32,000 nt of DNA from a bacterium (GTDB lineage Bacteria > UBP14 > UBA6098 > B30-G16), in assembly GCA_030613005.1 (NCBI GenBank), contig JAUWMV010000001.1:107289-139288 (forward strand), read 5' to 3'. Shown here in pieces: positions 17,531 to 27,854 of the stretch. How positions within the stretch are numbered: position 1 is the stretch's first letter; every line of letters starts with the position of its first letter. Both the position numbers and the translations under genes were made by a program. Under the pieces are notes generated by a model, which was given only the letters and a program-made list of their open reading frames with translations, searched no databases and was not told the DNA's origin.

Positions 17531-18430
17531 GTGGAATTGAAATTAGAGAAATTGCAAGAATTATTCAACGATTATCTTTTTTCGGAGCTGTCGAATTCGG
17601 AAAATACAAGGGATGCATATAAGAGAGACATTGCAAGATTTACTGAATTCGCTAATATACGAGGAATCGAGAAACCTTCGAATCTAACAAGAGGATTTGC
17701 AAATTCGTATGTTAGATTTCTCAATGAATTGGGTTTGGCTTCCGGTTCAGTGGCAAGAAATATTTCCGCTCTTCGTTCTTTTTGGAAATTTCTTATCATT
17801 AACGGTTTTTCGCAGAACGATCCTCTCGAGAGTATTCAAATAGATAAAATAACGAGAAAAATTCCTGAAGTACTCTCAATAAATGATATCAACACAATTC
17901 TTGATCGAATAGATATTGGGAACGAATTAGGTTTAAGAGATAAAGCTCTTATTGAATTTATGTATGCCACAGGAGCTCGCGTTTCAGAAGTTATAGATTT
18001 TAAACTCCAAAATTTTCGTTCAGATGCTGGTTTTGTAAAACTATTTGGGAAAGGCTCAAAGGAACGTTTTGTGCCTATTGGAAAGGAATCTATATATTGG
18101 ATAGAAAAGTATATTAGGGATGGCAGAAATCGGTTGACAAAACCTAATTCAGGGGGATTCATTTTCCTCAACCATCGAGGTGGTAAGTTATCGAGGATGG
18201 GTATTTGGAAAATTGTCAAGAAATGGGTTGATAAAGCAGGAATTGAAAAAGAAGTCCACCCGCATACAATAAGACACAGTTTTGCTACGCATCTTCTGGA
18301 AGGAGGAGCGGATTTGCGAGCAGTTCAGGAGATGCTTGGTCACGAAAGTGTTGCGACAACTCAAATTTATACACATCTTTCTCTTAACAGGATAGAAACC
18401 GTTTATCATAGTTGTTATCCAAGAGGTTGA
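17531..18430 (+). CDS. xerD: site-specific tyrosine recombinase XerD/XerC family
   Basis: Phage-integrase SAM-like N-domain. Catalytic residues in YATGARVSE, HTIRHSFATHLLEGGADLRAVQEMLGHESVATTQIYTH. GTG start. Confidence 0.85.
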   Translation: MELKLEKLQELFNDYLFSELSNSENTRDAYKRDIARFTEFANIRGIEKPSNLTRGFANSYVRFLNELGLASGSVARNISALRSFWKFLIINGFSQNDPLESIQIDKITRKIPEVLSINDINTILDRIDIGNELGLRDKALIEFMYATGARVSEVIDFKLQNFRSDAGFVKLFGKGSKERFVPIGKESIYWIEKYIRDGRNRLTKPNSGGFIFLNHRGGKLSRMGIWKIVKKWVDKAGIEKEVHPHTIRHSFATHLLEGGADLRAVQEMLGHESVATTQIYTHLSLNRIETVYHSCYPRG

Positions 18431-18496
18431 TATAACTCAGTAGTATTTTAGTTTACATTTTGAGGAAGGACTTCACATCGATTATGAGGTTAAGAT

Positions 18497-19714
18497 TTGA
18501 AGAATAGGAAATTTATAATAAATTTCTTTATTTTGGTTATCTCGACAACAATCGCAGGAATGGGACTTGAATTGCTTCCTCAGCAGTTGGGATCGCCTCT
18601 CAGCGGGAGTGCATCTTATTCATTTTATCGTGATAGCACCTTCGTTGAACTTAAAATTGTTACTCAATTAACCAATAACTCTCTTCAGTTTATAAAACGC
18701 GATGATGAAACATTCAAAGCTCAATTTAGAATCGTAGCAACAATTTATCAAAAGAAAAATCTAGTTGAAAGCGTTGAACTAATAGACAGTATTATTTTAG
18801 AGGAATTTAAACAAACAAATTCAAACGAACCGATGTATGCCGGCGAATTATCGATTATCATTCCGCGGGGGAAATTTAGATTAATTCTTATTCTTGAGGA
18901 TTTAAACGCCAAAACAAAAGCGTTTGCATATGAAAACATCGAGGTTCCAAATGCAAGAATGATTGGATTATCCTCTCTCTGGTTGTTTGTTCCCGAAACG
19001 GATTCGGTTTTAATTTCTCATAATGTCATAGCATACTGGGAGAGTCTTGGTGTAGCGGCGATTACCTATGATATCCCGGATGATATACAGGCTCATATAA
19101 AACTTAAAAGTTCAAAAATTAGGACTGAGACCTATACTGCAACGTTCAAAGAAAAGGATGGCAAGAAAATTGTATATGGATTTATACCAATATCTACGTT
19201 AGAAAGCGGAGACTATTATGCATACTTAATTCTGTATGGCGATAAAGGGAAGAAATACACTGAGCAAATGCTTGGTTTTTCTCTTACTCAAACTACGAAA
19301 TCCATGTTGAAATACCATTTCAACGATCTAATAGAACAACTTGAGATAATTGCAGATCCAGAAGACATGAAACCTTTTCAAGAAGCTGATTCTACACAAA
19401 GGGATTCTTTATGGGAAGAATTCTGGAAAAAAATGGATCCTACACCTTCAACTGAGCAAAATGAATCGATGGAGGAATTTTTAAGACGAATTCATTATGT
19501 AGATGTGCAATTTAGTACCTCTATAAGACCAGGATGGCAAACCGACAGAGGTAAAACTTATATCATATATGGACAACCTGACGAGATAGATGACCATCCA
19601 TTTGAAATAGGCACGTATCCTTATCAAATATGGTATTATTATAAACAAGGATTGACATTCGTTTTTGTGGATTCTGGTAATGATGGGATCTACAGATTGG
19701 TCGAGTCCAGATGA
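18497..19714 (+). CDS. GWxTD domain-containing exported protein
   Basis: C-terminal GWQTDRGKTYIIYGQPDEID...YQIWYY matches the GWxTD signature. N-terminal hydrophobic signal/anchor. TTG start with GAGG upstream. Confidence 0.75.
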   Translation: MKNRKFIINFFILVISTTIAGMGLELLPQQLGSPLSGSASYSFYRDSTFVELKIVTQLTNNSLQFIKRDDETFKAQFRIVATIYQKKNLVESVELIDSIILEEFKQTNSNEPMYAGELSIIIPRGKFRLILILEDLNAKTKAFAYENIEVPNARMIGLSSLWLFVPETDSVLISHNVIAYWESLGVAAITYDIPDDIQAHIKLKSSKIRTETYTATFKEKDGKKIVYGFIPISTLESGDYYAYLILYGDKGKKYTEQMLGFSLTQTTKSMLKYHFNDLIEQLEIIADPEDMKPFQEADSTQRDSLWEEFWKKMDPTPSTEQNESMEEFLRRIHYVDVQFSTSIRPGWQTDRGKTYIIYGQPDEIDDHPFEIGTYPYQIWYYYKQGLTFVFVDSGNDGIYRLVESR

Positions 19715-19773
19715 TTTATTGATTGGATTCGGAGTTAATTGAATTCATGTAAAGAACTTTCCGGAGGTTGTGA

Positions 19774-21090
19774 ATGGCTGTTCCAAGACTATACCGCGGT
19801 ATGCGAGATTTTCTCCCAGATAAAATGATTGCCAGAGAAAAGCTTCTAAAAATTATTAGAAAAATATTCCAAAGTTGGGGTTATATTCCTATCGAAACAC
19901 CGGCAATTGAACTTTTGGAAACCCTTTTGGGCAAAAGTGGAACTGAAGCTGATAAGTTAATTTATAGAATCGAGCATGCTGATGGTCTTGGACTTAGATA
20001 TGAATTGACTATTTCATTAGCTAGATTAGTCTCTATGCATTGGGATAGCCTACCCAAACCTTTCCGAAGATATCAAATTCAAACTGTTTGGCGAGCCGAA
20101 AGAGCTCAAAAGCAAAAGGGCAGGTTTCGAGAATTTATTCAGTGTGATGTTGATATTATTGGATCAAACTCTCCGTTAACAGATGCTGAGATTTTAGCTA
20201 TTAGCATGCAATGCCTCGATAGATTGGGTTTTACAGATTATAAGTTATTACTCAATCATAGAAATGTTTTATTAGGTCTTGTTAAAATTGCTGGATTAGA
20301 GTCAGATGATGAAGCTTCGGTGTTAAGATCGATAGATAAATGGGATAAAATCGGAAAGGACGGCGTACGAAATGAGCTAATGAAAAAAGGATATTCTGAA
20401 AAAAAAGTATCAAAACTTATTGAATTTGTTAATCTCACAGGCGATAATTCTACACTATTGGCAGAGCTTGATTTGATAAACAATGAACAGATAAAGTCTG
20501 GTACGAGGAATCTCAGAGAAATAATGAAGAATGTGAATTCCATGGGTATTTCGTCAGAGAAAATTGTAATCTCCCCAAAAATGGCAAGGGGATTAGATTA
20601 CTACACAGGAGCAATATTCGAGACTGTATTACCCGAATTACCACAAATGGGAAGTCTCACTGGTGGAGGACGTTTCGATAACTTAATTGGTATTTTTTTA
20701 GGTCGAGAAATCCCAGCTTGCGGCACTACAATCGGATTGGATAGAATTCTTGCTGCAATGAAGGAACTGAAACTACTTGAAATCGATAATACATACACAA
20801 AAGTGCTTGTTGCCATGTTTTCGAAGGAACTGGCAAATAAAGCAATTGCCATTGCGGGAAAATTCAGGGAAGCTGGAATTGCCACCGAGCTTTTTATTGA
20901 ACCTAAGAAATTGAGCAAGCAATTTGAATATGCTAATAAAATGAATATTCCTTTTGTTGCTCTCATTGGTGAGGATGAAGCGAAATCTGGGAAGTGTGTA
21001 TTAAAGAATATGAATATTGGGGAGCAGTGGACATTATCTTGGGATGATGCAGTTACGAAAGTTGCAAAAGAATTAAATGAAATATTGTAA
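19774..21090 (+). CDS. hisS: histidine--tRNA ligase
   Basis: GMRDFLP, LRYELT, FREFIQCDVDIIG and GGGRFDNL class-II aaRS/HisRS motifs, plus a C-terminal anticodon-binding domain. GGAGG SD. Confidence 0.93.
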   Translation: MAVPRLYRGMRDFLPDKMIAREKLLKIIRKIFQSWGYIPIETPAIELLETLLGKSGTEADKLIYRIEHADGLGLRYELTISLARLVSMHWDSLPKPFRRYQIQTVWRAERAQKQKGRFREFIQCDVDIIGSNSPLTDAEILAISMQCLDRLGFTDYKLLLNHRNVLLGLVKIAGLESDDEASVLRSIDKWDKIGKDGVRNELMKKGYSEKKVSKLIEFVNLTGDNSTLLAELDLINNEQIKSGTRNLREIMKNVNSMGISSEKIVISPKMARGLDYYTGAIFETVLPELPQMGSLTGGGRFDNLIGIFLGREIPACGTTIGLDRILAAMKELKLLEIDNTYTKVLVAMFSKELANKAIAIAGKFREAGIATELFIEPKKLSKQFEYANKMNIPFVALIGEDEAKSGKCVLKNMNIGEQWTLSWDDAVTKVAKELNEIL

Positions 21091-21154
21091 ATTAAGTTAA
21101 TTATATGTCTATTGATGACTTTTAAAAATAATTCATAATTTTTAGGAGTGTAAA

Positions 21155-22678
21155 ATGCCTCAAATCAAAACTGCTTTTTTTTCAGCATATAACAAAAAAG
21201 GCTTAGAAACTCTTGCTGGCGCATTGGTCAAAAGAGGAATTAATATTTGGGCTTCTACTGGAACTGCAAAATATTTAAGCCAAAACGGAGTTTCTTCAAA
21301 TTCTATAGAAAGTCTCACCGGCTTTGAAGATTTATTAGATGGTCGAGTTAAAACGCTTCATCCAGCTGTTTTCGCAGGAATACTTGCTAGAAATGTTGAA
21401 AGTGATATTTCATCAGTTTTAAGGATGAATTTTCCTGTTTTTGATCTTGTTTATATCGATCTTTATCCATTTAGCGAAAAATTAAATAAAGTATCAAATG
21501 AAGATCAAATTGAATTAATCGATATAGGCGGAGTTTCACTTTTACGAGCGGCAGCAAAAAATTTCAATAGAGTAGTAGTTACCTTTAATCAAAATATGCT
21601 TCAGTCCATTATCGACAACCTTGGAGAGCAAAACCACATTTCTCTTGAAATAGCCAAGAAGTATGCAATGGAGACATTTTTTTATACAGCAAATTATGAT
21701 GCGATTATTGCACGCTGGTTAATGGAATACTCCAGTTTTCCTGAATATTTTGCAATTTCGGGGTGCAATTTAGGTTTGCCCAAACTCCGATACGGAGAAA
21801 ATCCTCATCAAAAAGCGGCATTGTATGCAACAATTCCAAATGAAGGTGTACTTTCAGCAGAGGTTCTATGGGGCAAAGCGCTTTCGTATAACGATATACT
21901 CGATTTAGATGCGGCGATATATGGCGTAACTGAATTTGACGATACAGCATGTGTAATAATAAAACATCTTTCACCATGTGGTGTGGCTATTGGTAAGTAT
22001 ACCACTGACGCTTACAAGAAAGCATTAGCAAGTGATCCAATGTCCGCTTTTGGTGGTATTGTTGCATTAAATCAACCAATAGGTGAAGAAGTGGCGACAC
22101 TTATTAATAAACGTTTCTATAATTGCGTAATAGCACCCGATTATACTACTGAGGCTTTAGAAATATTGAAGAGGAAGAAAAACATTAGAATTCTGCGACT
22201 TCCAAATCTAAGGGAAAAATGTCGATATTCAGTAAGAACTGTCTCAGGTGGGTTGCTGCTTCAAGAGATTGACGAACCGGAGTTGATTGTAGAAAAGTGG
22301 GATATAGTTACGAAAATCGAGCCTACTATCGAGCAAAAAAAGGAACTTATGTTTGCAATGAAAGCAGCCAAAATTGTAAAATCCAACACAGTTCTAATTA
22401 CAAGAAACGGAGCTACGGTAGGAATTGGAGGCGGTTTGACCAGTAGACTCGACCCAGCAATTATTGCAACTCGTAAAGCTGCAGACAGGGCAGAGGGTTC
22501 GGTGGCAGCATCTGATGCATATTTTCCATTTCCGGATGCGCTTTGTATACTGGCTCATGCAGGTGTTAAAGCAATAATACAACCTGGTGGTTCAAGAAAC
22601 GATAAAGAGGTAATTAAAGCAGCAGATGATCTTGGAGTTGCAATGGTTTTCTGCGGCACAAGACATTTCAGACATTAA
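21155..22678 (+). CDS. purH: bifunctional IMP cyclohydrolase / AICAR formyltransferase
   Basis: MGS-like N-domain (GRVKTLHP, GGVSLLRAAAKNF) and AICARFT domain (YGENPHQ, KHLSPCG, IIQPGGSRND). Confidence 0.95.
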   Translation: MPQIKTAFFSAYNKKGLETLAGALVKRGINIWASTGTAKYLSQNGVSSNSIESLTGFEDLLDGRVKTLHPAVFAGILARNVESDISSVLRMNFPVFDLVYIDLYPFSEKLNKVSNEDQIELIDIGGVSLLRAAAKNFNRVVVTFNQNMLQSIIDNLGEQNHISLEIAKKYAMETFFYTANYDAIIARWLMEYSSFPEYFAISGCNLGLPKLRYGENPHQKAALYATIPNEGVLSAEVLWGKALSYNDILDLDAAIYGVTEFDDTACVIIKHLSPCGVAIGKYTTDAYKKALASDPMSAFGGIVALNQPIGEEVATLINKRFYNCVIAPDYTTEALEILKRKKNIRILRLPNLREKCRYSVRTVSGGLLLQEIDEPELIVEKWDIVTKIEPTIEQKKELMFAMKAAKIVKSNTVLITRNGATVGIGGGLTSRLDPAIIATRKAADRAEGSVAASDAYFPFPDALCILAHAGVKAIIQPGGSRNDKEVIKAADDLGVAMVFCGTRHFRH

Positions 22679-22759
22679 TGATAGAAAACTTATACTAACT
22701 TCAGTGAGTGTATTAAAAAAACTTGACATATATCATTATTTAATATTTTTTCCGCAAAT

Positions 22760-23440
22760 ATGAATGGGATAAAGGTTGCGATAGACGGTCCAGCAGGTGC
22801 AGGGAAAAGCACTGCAGCTCGAATGTTGGCACAGCGAGTTGGATATAAGTATATCGATACAGGTGCTATGTACCGATCTCTTACTTTACTTGCATTAAGG
22901 GAAAAAATTGACTGGAATAACGAAAAAGCTCTTGCACAATTAATTAGGAAGCACAATATTAGCCAAAATGGCACTGTTACATATATCGACAATGAGAACG
23001 TTAGTTCTGAAATTAGATCTGATGAAGTTAACGGAGCTGTTTCAGTTGTATGTAATCACAATAAGGTTCGAGTTGAGTTGGTAAAGTTACAGCGAAAATT
23101 GGCTTCAGATGGTGCTGTTGTTATGGAGGGTCGAGATATTGGAACTGTTGTTCTTCCCGATGCAGAGTTGAAATTTTTTTTAGTTGCTAGCCAAATCGAA
23201 CGATCTCATCGCAGAATGAAGGATATCGAGGAATTAGGTGGTGATTCTGCATTTGAGAGCGTTGTTAAGAACATACGCATTAGGGATTATCTGGATAGTT
23301 CTAGAGATTTAGCACCACTTAAACAGGCGAAAGATGCGATTTATATTGACAATACGTATATGTCTATAGATTTTGAGCTTTATATCTTAGAGCAACTCGT
23401 TAGATGTAGAGAAAAACAACACGAGGGAAAAACAACATAA
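22760..23440 (+). CDS. cmk: cytidylate kinase
   Basis: IAIDGPAGAGKST P-loop, IDTGAMYR, GRDIGTVVLPDA. Classic cmk-rpsA synteny. Confidence 0.92.
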   Translation: MNGIKVAIDGPAGAGKSTAARMLAQRVGYKYIDTGAMYRSLTLLALREKIDWNNEKALAQLIRKHNISQNGTVTYIDNENVSSEIRSDEVNGAVSVVCNHNKVRVELVKLQRKLASDGAVVMEGRDIGTVVLPDAELKFFLVASQIERSHRRMKDIEELGGDSAFESVVKNIRIRDYLDSSRDLAPLKQAKDAIYIDNTYMSIDFELYILEQLVRCREKQHEGKTT

Positions 23441-23514
23441 TTGGAAACTATGAATTGGTTAATTATTGGAAACGTAAACATTTTAATTATTTAATCTAAG
23501 GGGGGTCACCTTAC

Positions 23515-25488
23515 ATGGGTGAAGTTAAAAGTCAACAACAAGCACAATCTAACGAACCGAACATTGAAATTCTTGTTCAGAACGATGAATACGCAATAGG
23601 CAAGATCATTTTAGAAGAGGGTCAGACCGATGAAATCGAAGGGATGATTTCTGTTGAGGATTTGGAAAAGGAAAAAGAACTCTATTCCACTGGGAGTGCT
23701 TTTCTTCAGGAAGGTTCAGTTATCGAGGGTACAATTATTGCAATCCGTGGTAATGACATTATGGTCGATATTGGGTTTAAATCAGAAGGTCTGTTGCCTA
23801 TGGAACAATTTGGTGAAGTTAAGCCTGTTGTTGGTGAAAAAGTTGAGGTGTTCCTCGATGCACTCGAAGATGAGGATGGACAAGTAGTTATTTCAAAGAA
23901 AAAGGCAGATTTCATAAGAGTATGGGACACTATTAAGGAAGCATATGAGATTAGAAATGCAGTCGAAGGTAAAGTAAAAAAGAGAATAAAAGGTGGAATG
24001 GTTGTAGACCTTATGGGAGTAGATGCATTTCTACCCGGCTCCCAGATTGCGTTACGTCCTGTTCCAGATTTTGATGCATTGATTGGGAAAACCATGCCAT
24101 TTAGAGTTATCAAACTTAACAAGCTTAGACGAAATATTGTAGTATCGAGACGAATTATTCTCGAGGAAAAAAGGGAGGATCAACGCAATAAACTTCTTGA
24201 GGATATTATTGAAGGTCAGCTTAGAAAAGGCGTTGTTAAAAATATTACAGATTTCGGTGTCTTTATAGACCTTGGTGGATTGGATGGATTACTTCACATA
24301 ACCGACATGTCTTGGACCCGTATAAATCACCCATCAGAACTCCTTAAAATCGGCGATTCGATAGATGTAAAAATTTTGAAGTATGATCAAGAAAAACACC
24401 GCATTTCACTTGGTCTTAAGCAACTTACTCCGTCACCGTGGGATGATGTCGATGAGAAATTCCCCAAAGACTCAAAGGTTATTGGGAGAGTTGTTAATTT
24501 GACCAAGTATGGAGCTTTTGTACGATTATCCGAGGGTGTTGAGGGACTTATTCATGTTTCCGAAATGTCTTGGACAAAACATATAAATCATCCTTCTGAA
24601 ATACTTGAGATAGGCAGGGAGATTGAATGTGCAATCTTGGATGTGGATAAAGAGAATCATAAAATATCTTTGGGATTAAAGCAGCTTGTCCCAGATCCCT
24701 GGAAAATAGCTATGGAAAAATATCCTCCTTCCTCAAAGGTTACAGTTATTGTCCGAAATCTAACTGCCTTCGGTGCATTTGTTGAAATTGAAGAGGGCGT
24801 TGAAGGTTTGATTCATATTTCCGATATTTCATGGACAAAACGCGTAAATCATCCGGGTGAATTTTTCAGTCGAGGGCAAAAAATTGAGTCTGTAGTTCTT
24901 GAAATTGATCCTGAAAATCATAAACTAAGCCTTGGTTATAAACAACTCGAGGCTAATCCATGGGGTGAATTAGGCAGGAAATACAATCAGGGTGCGGAAA
25001 CTGAGGGAAAAATCACTCATATGACCGACCGTGGTGTTATTATTGAGTTGCCCGATCGAGTAGAAGGATTTGTTCCTATAACACAACTTGGGAAGAGAGT
25101 TGATAAGCCTCAGGATGCTTTTGGTATTGGTGATATTTTGCCGTTAAAGGTTATTGAGTTCGATTCAAGAGAACATAGAATAGTGCTTTCTGTGGATGAA
25201 TACTTTAGAAGTAGAGAAAAGGCGGATTTGGAAAGATATTTGACCAAACACTCAAAGAAAACCGTGATTGTTAGGGATGTGGCAAAGGTTACTCGACGTT
25301 CTATCTTTATGGATACATCACATAAGGGAATTGAAGAGGACATCTTGCAACAAACTACAGATAATACTCCAAAAGAGGATGTTGAGAAGGATATTCCACA
25401 GGCAGAAGCAAATGTTATTCCAGAAGAACAGGTTGAAGATACACCTCAGAAAGAGGATGAGGAGAAGGAAAAAAAGGAAGATCAATAA
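23515..25488 (+). CDS. rpsA: 30S ribosomal protein S1 (six S1 domains, with N-terminal extension and acidic C-terminal tail)
   Basis: Six OB-fold S1 repeats (for example GVVKNITDFGVFIDLGGLDGLLHITDMSW, GRVVNLTKYGAFVRLSEGVEGLIHVSEMSW). Strong SD AAGGGGGG. Confidence 0.95.
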   Translation: MGEVKSQQQAQSNEPNIEILVQNDEYAIGKIILEEGQTDEIEGMISVEDLEKEKELYSTGSAFLQEGSVIEGTIIAIRGNDIMVDIGFKSEGLLPMEQFGEVKPVVGEKVEVFLDALEDEDGQVVISKKKADFIRVWDTIKEAYEIRNAVEGKVKKRIKGGMVVDLMGVDAFLPGSQIALRPVPDFDALIGKTMPFRVIKLNKLRRNIVVSRRIILEEKREDQRNKLLEDIIEGQLRKGVVKNITDFGVFIDLGGLDGLLHITDMSWTRINHPSELLKIGDSIDVKILKYDQEKHRISLGLKQLTPSPWDDVDEKFPKDSKVIGRVVNLTKYGAFVRLSEGVEGLIHVSEMSWTKHINHPSEILEIGREIECAILDVDKENHKISLGLKQLVPDPWKIAMEKYPPSSKVTVIVRNLTAFGAFVEIEEGVEGLIHISDISWTKRVNHPGEFFSRGQKIESVVLEIDPENHKLSLGYKQLEANPWGELGRKYNQGAETEGKITHMTDRGVIIELPDRVEGFVPITQLGKRVDKPQDAFGIGDILPLKVIEFDSREHRIVLSVDEYFRSREKADLERYLTKHSKKTVIVRDVAKVTRRSIFMDTSHKGIEEDILQQTTDNTPKEDVEKDIPQAEANVIPEEQVEDTPQKEDEEKEKKEDQ

Positions 25489-25534
25489 CTTACATTTTCG
25501 GAATTAGATATATTCAGATATAAAGAGGGACGAT

Positions 25535-25852
25535 ATGCCATTAAAAAGACATAAATCTGTTTTGAAACGTGTTAGACAGAATATTAAACGCAGAGAGAGG
25601 AATAGGATTGTCAGGGGTTCTATGAGAGCCGTTCTCAAAGCTATTAGAAGTAGTGGTGATCCGAGTGAAGTTATGCAAAAATTGTCTTGGAACTTTCCTG
25701 CTGTCGATAAAGAGAAATTGGATATGCATCTTAGGTCAAGAATTTATTCAGTAATAGACAAGGCTCACAAAAAAGGAGTCATTCATAAGAACAAAGCTGC
25801 TCGACATAAAGCTCAGGTTTCCCTGTGGTTTCAAAATTTAAGTAAAGCATAA
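25535..25852 (+). CDS. rpsT: 30S ribosomal protein S20
   Basis: Basic N-terminus HKSVLKRVRQNIKRRERN and C-terminal KGVIHKNKAARHKA, nearly identical to the conserved S20 motif (E. coli GLIHKNKAARHKA). GAGGG SD. Confidence 0.85.
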   Translation: MPLKRHKSVLKRVRQNIKRRERNRIVRGSMRAVLKAIRSSGDPSEVMQKLSWNFPAVDKEKLDMHLRSRIYSVIDKAHKKGVIHKNKAARHKAQVSLWFQNLSKA

Positions 25853-25926
25853 TTTTTTTGCAATAAAATTATTTTTTGAAATAATCTTTGCTTAGAGCTA
25901 TTAATACTTAATATATATTAGCTTAC

Positions 25927-25958
25927 AAAGGACATTACTTATGTGTCCTTTATTTATT
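25927..25958. terminator. intrinsic terminator hairpin between convergent rpsT and mrdA
   Basis: AAAGGACA (25927-25934) pairs with TGTCCTTT (25944-25951) across a 9-nt loop, followed by ATTTATT on the + strand. It sits 13 nt beyond the mrdA stop on the other strand. Confidence 0.55.
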
Positions 25959-25963
25959 AGTTT

Positions 25964-27778
25964 TCAGAGATTTCTTTCAGGTTTCCAGTAATGAAAATAA
26001 TAATCAAAGAATTGTCGGGCTAAAAAAGCGTAGGAACCTCCTGAACCTCCAGCTTCTATGAGAATTACAACGACTATTTCTGGTTGGTTTGCAGGAGCAA
26101 ATGCCACAAACAATGCATGATCAGGACCGTGTGGATTCTGTGCTGTCCCGGTTTTTCCGGCAACGAGAATGTCCTCCATATATGCTCCGGTACCAGTCGC
26201 CCATTCCTCATTAACAGTTCTTATCATTCCATCAACGGAGGTTTTAATAGCTATCTTAGAAAATGGGAGTTTCCCTCTCATTTTAGAAGGTATTTCAATT
26301 CTATGTTTAAGAGGTGGTTCGATATATTTTACAATTTTCGGTTTCCAAACAAAACCCTTGTTTGCAAAACCGCAGACCATCTGGCAAAGCTGCAAAGGGG
26401 TTGTTAATATTTCTCCCTGACCAATAATCAGATTTAGAAGGACACCTTTTCCCCAACCGCGTCTCCCAAAACGCCAGTTATAATAATCTCTATCTGGCAC
26501 AAGGCCTGCAGCTTCAAACGGTAATTCAATACCTGTACGTATACCGAAAAAACATTTTGTGGTATATTCGTGCCATTTTTCCAAACCCAATCTAATGGCT
26601 ATCTGATAAAAATATATGTCGCAACTCTGAGCTATAGCCTCGAGTAAATTAATTGATTTATGACCATATCTATTCCAGCACATAAAGTATCTATCGCCAT
26701 AACGCATTGCACCATGGCACGGTTCGGGCATATATGAATTTGCATTTGCAATTCCTTCGTTAACTGCAACGGCTGCTGACATTATCTTCAGGGGAGATGC
26801 GGGTGGATATAAACCTTGATACCATCTGCAAAGCATAGGATGCGTTTCTGGATTATTTAATGTTTCCCATGTAGAATCGGAAATAGTTTCGGTAAAGATG
26901 CTCGGATCAAAATCTGGTTGAGAAACTGCTGCTAAAATCTCGCCGTTTTTGGGATCTATTGCAATGAATGCACATTCAGGAACCCAAGCAAATATTGATT
27001 CCGCAGCCATTTGAAGTGATGCATCTATCGTTAGAATTATATCAGCGCCATTTTGTGCAGGTACATCACCTAAGCTCTTTACAGGTCCAATTACTTCGCC
27101 TGTTGCAGTTACTTCGACAAATTTAGCTCCATCAGTTCCTCTTAATAAATTATCAAAATATCGTTCAACTCCTTGTTTACCAACCATGTCTCCACCCCTA
27201 AGTCCTTCTCTGTATCTCTCTCTGAGTTCGGCAGGACTAATTTCTCCAACATATCCGACAATATGTGATGCTAATTTGCCATACTCATAATATCTTATAT
27301 GCTCGTTCTCGTAAATAACTCCCGGAAATTCGCCTGTTCGCTCTAAAATTTTACTAACCGTACCAAAGTCAACACGTCTTTTTAATCTCACAGGAAGATA
27401 ACCTGGTTTCAAATTTTTCTCATATCGTTCAAATATGAATTCAGGTTTTATACTCAACAATTCAGCTAATTTTTTTACATATGGAGTATCGGGTGGGAAC
27501 TCAAAAGGAATTATAGAAATTGTATATGTAGTTCGATTGCCAACTAATAGCTTACCGTTTCTATCAAAAATTTTTCCACGAGCTGCTGATTCTGGAACAA
27601 CGCGAAGTCGATTCTTATCGGAAAATCTAAAATAATATTCATGGTCTATAATTTGGATTGTAATTATCCTGGCAATAAGGAATAAAAATACCAAAGAGAT
27701 AAATAATAATAATACTATAGATTTCCTATTCTGTTCTTCGTCGGTTTTAAATGCATAAGGATTCATTTTTGTATCCAT
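25964..27778 (-). CDS. mrdA: penicillin-binding protein 2-type peptidoglycan D,D-transpeptidase
   Basis: N-terminal TM anchor and PBP dimerisation domain. Transpeptidase motifs SxxK (YPPASPLK), SxD (QSCDIYFY), KTG (AGKTGTAQ). Confidence 0.88.
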   Translation of the reverse strand: MDTKMNPYAFKTDEEQNRKSIVLLLFISLVFLFLIARIITIQIIDHEYYFRFSDKNRLRVVPESAARGKIFDRNGKLLVGNRTTYTISIIPFEFPPDTPYVKKLAELLSIKPEFIFERYEKNLKPGYLPVRLKRRVDFGTVSKILERTGEFPGVIYENEHIRYYEYGKLASHIVGYVGEISPAELRERYREGLRGGDMVGKQGVERYFDNLLRGTDGAKFVEVTATGEVIGPVKSLGDVPAQNGADIILTIDASLQMAAESIFAWVPECAFIAIDPKNGEILAAVSQPDFDPSIFTETISDSTWETLNNPETHPMLCRWYQGLYPPASPLKIMSAAVAVNEGIANANSYMPEPCHGAMRYGDRYFMCWNRYGHKSINLLEAIAQSCDIYFYQIAIRLGLEKWHEYTTKCFFGIRTGIELPFEAAGLVPDRDYYNWRFGRRGWGKGVLLNLIIGQGEILTTPLQLCQMVCGFANKGFVWKPKIVKYIEPPLKHRIEIPSKMRGKLPFSKIAIKTSVDGMIRTVNEEWATGTGAYMEDILVAGKTGTAQNPHGPDHALFVAFAPANQPEIVVVILIEAGGSGGSYAFLARQFFDYYFHYWKPERNL

Positions 27779-27854
27779 TAAGTGTTATTGTATAATTAAT
27801 AATGGATATTTTGGATTAATAATCAATCTATAAATCCAAATTACTTACTTGCAT

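Noticed and set aside
17531-18430. Tyrosine recombinase as a marker of an integrated mobile element
   Set aside because: It has XerD-like sequence and length. It is flanked by core genes (rlmD, hisS), with no att-like repeats, tRNA or phage/IS genes.
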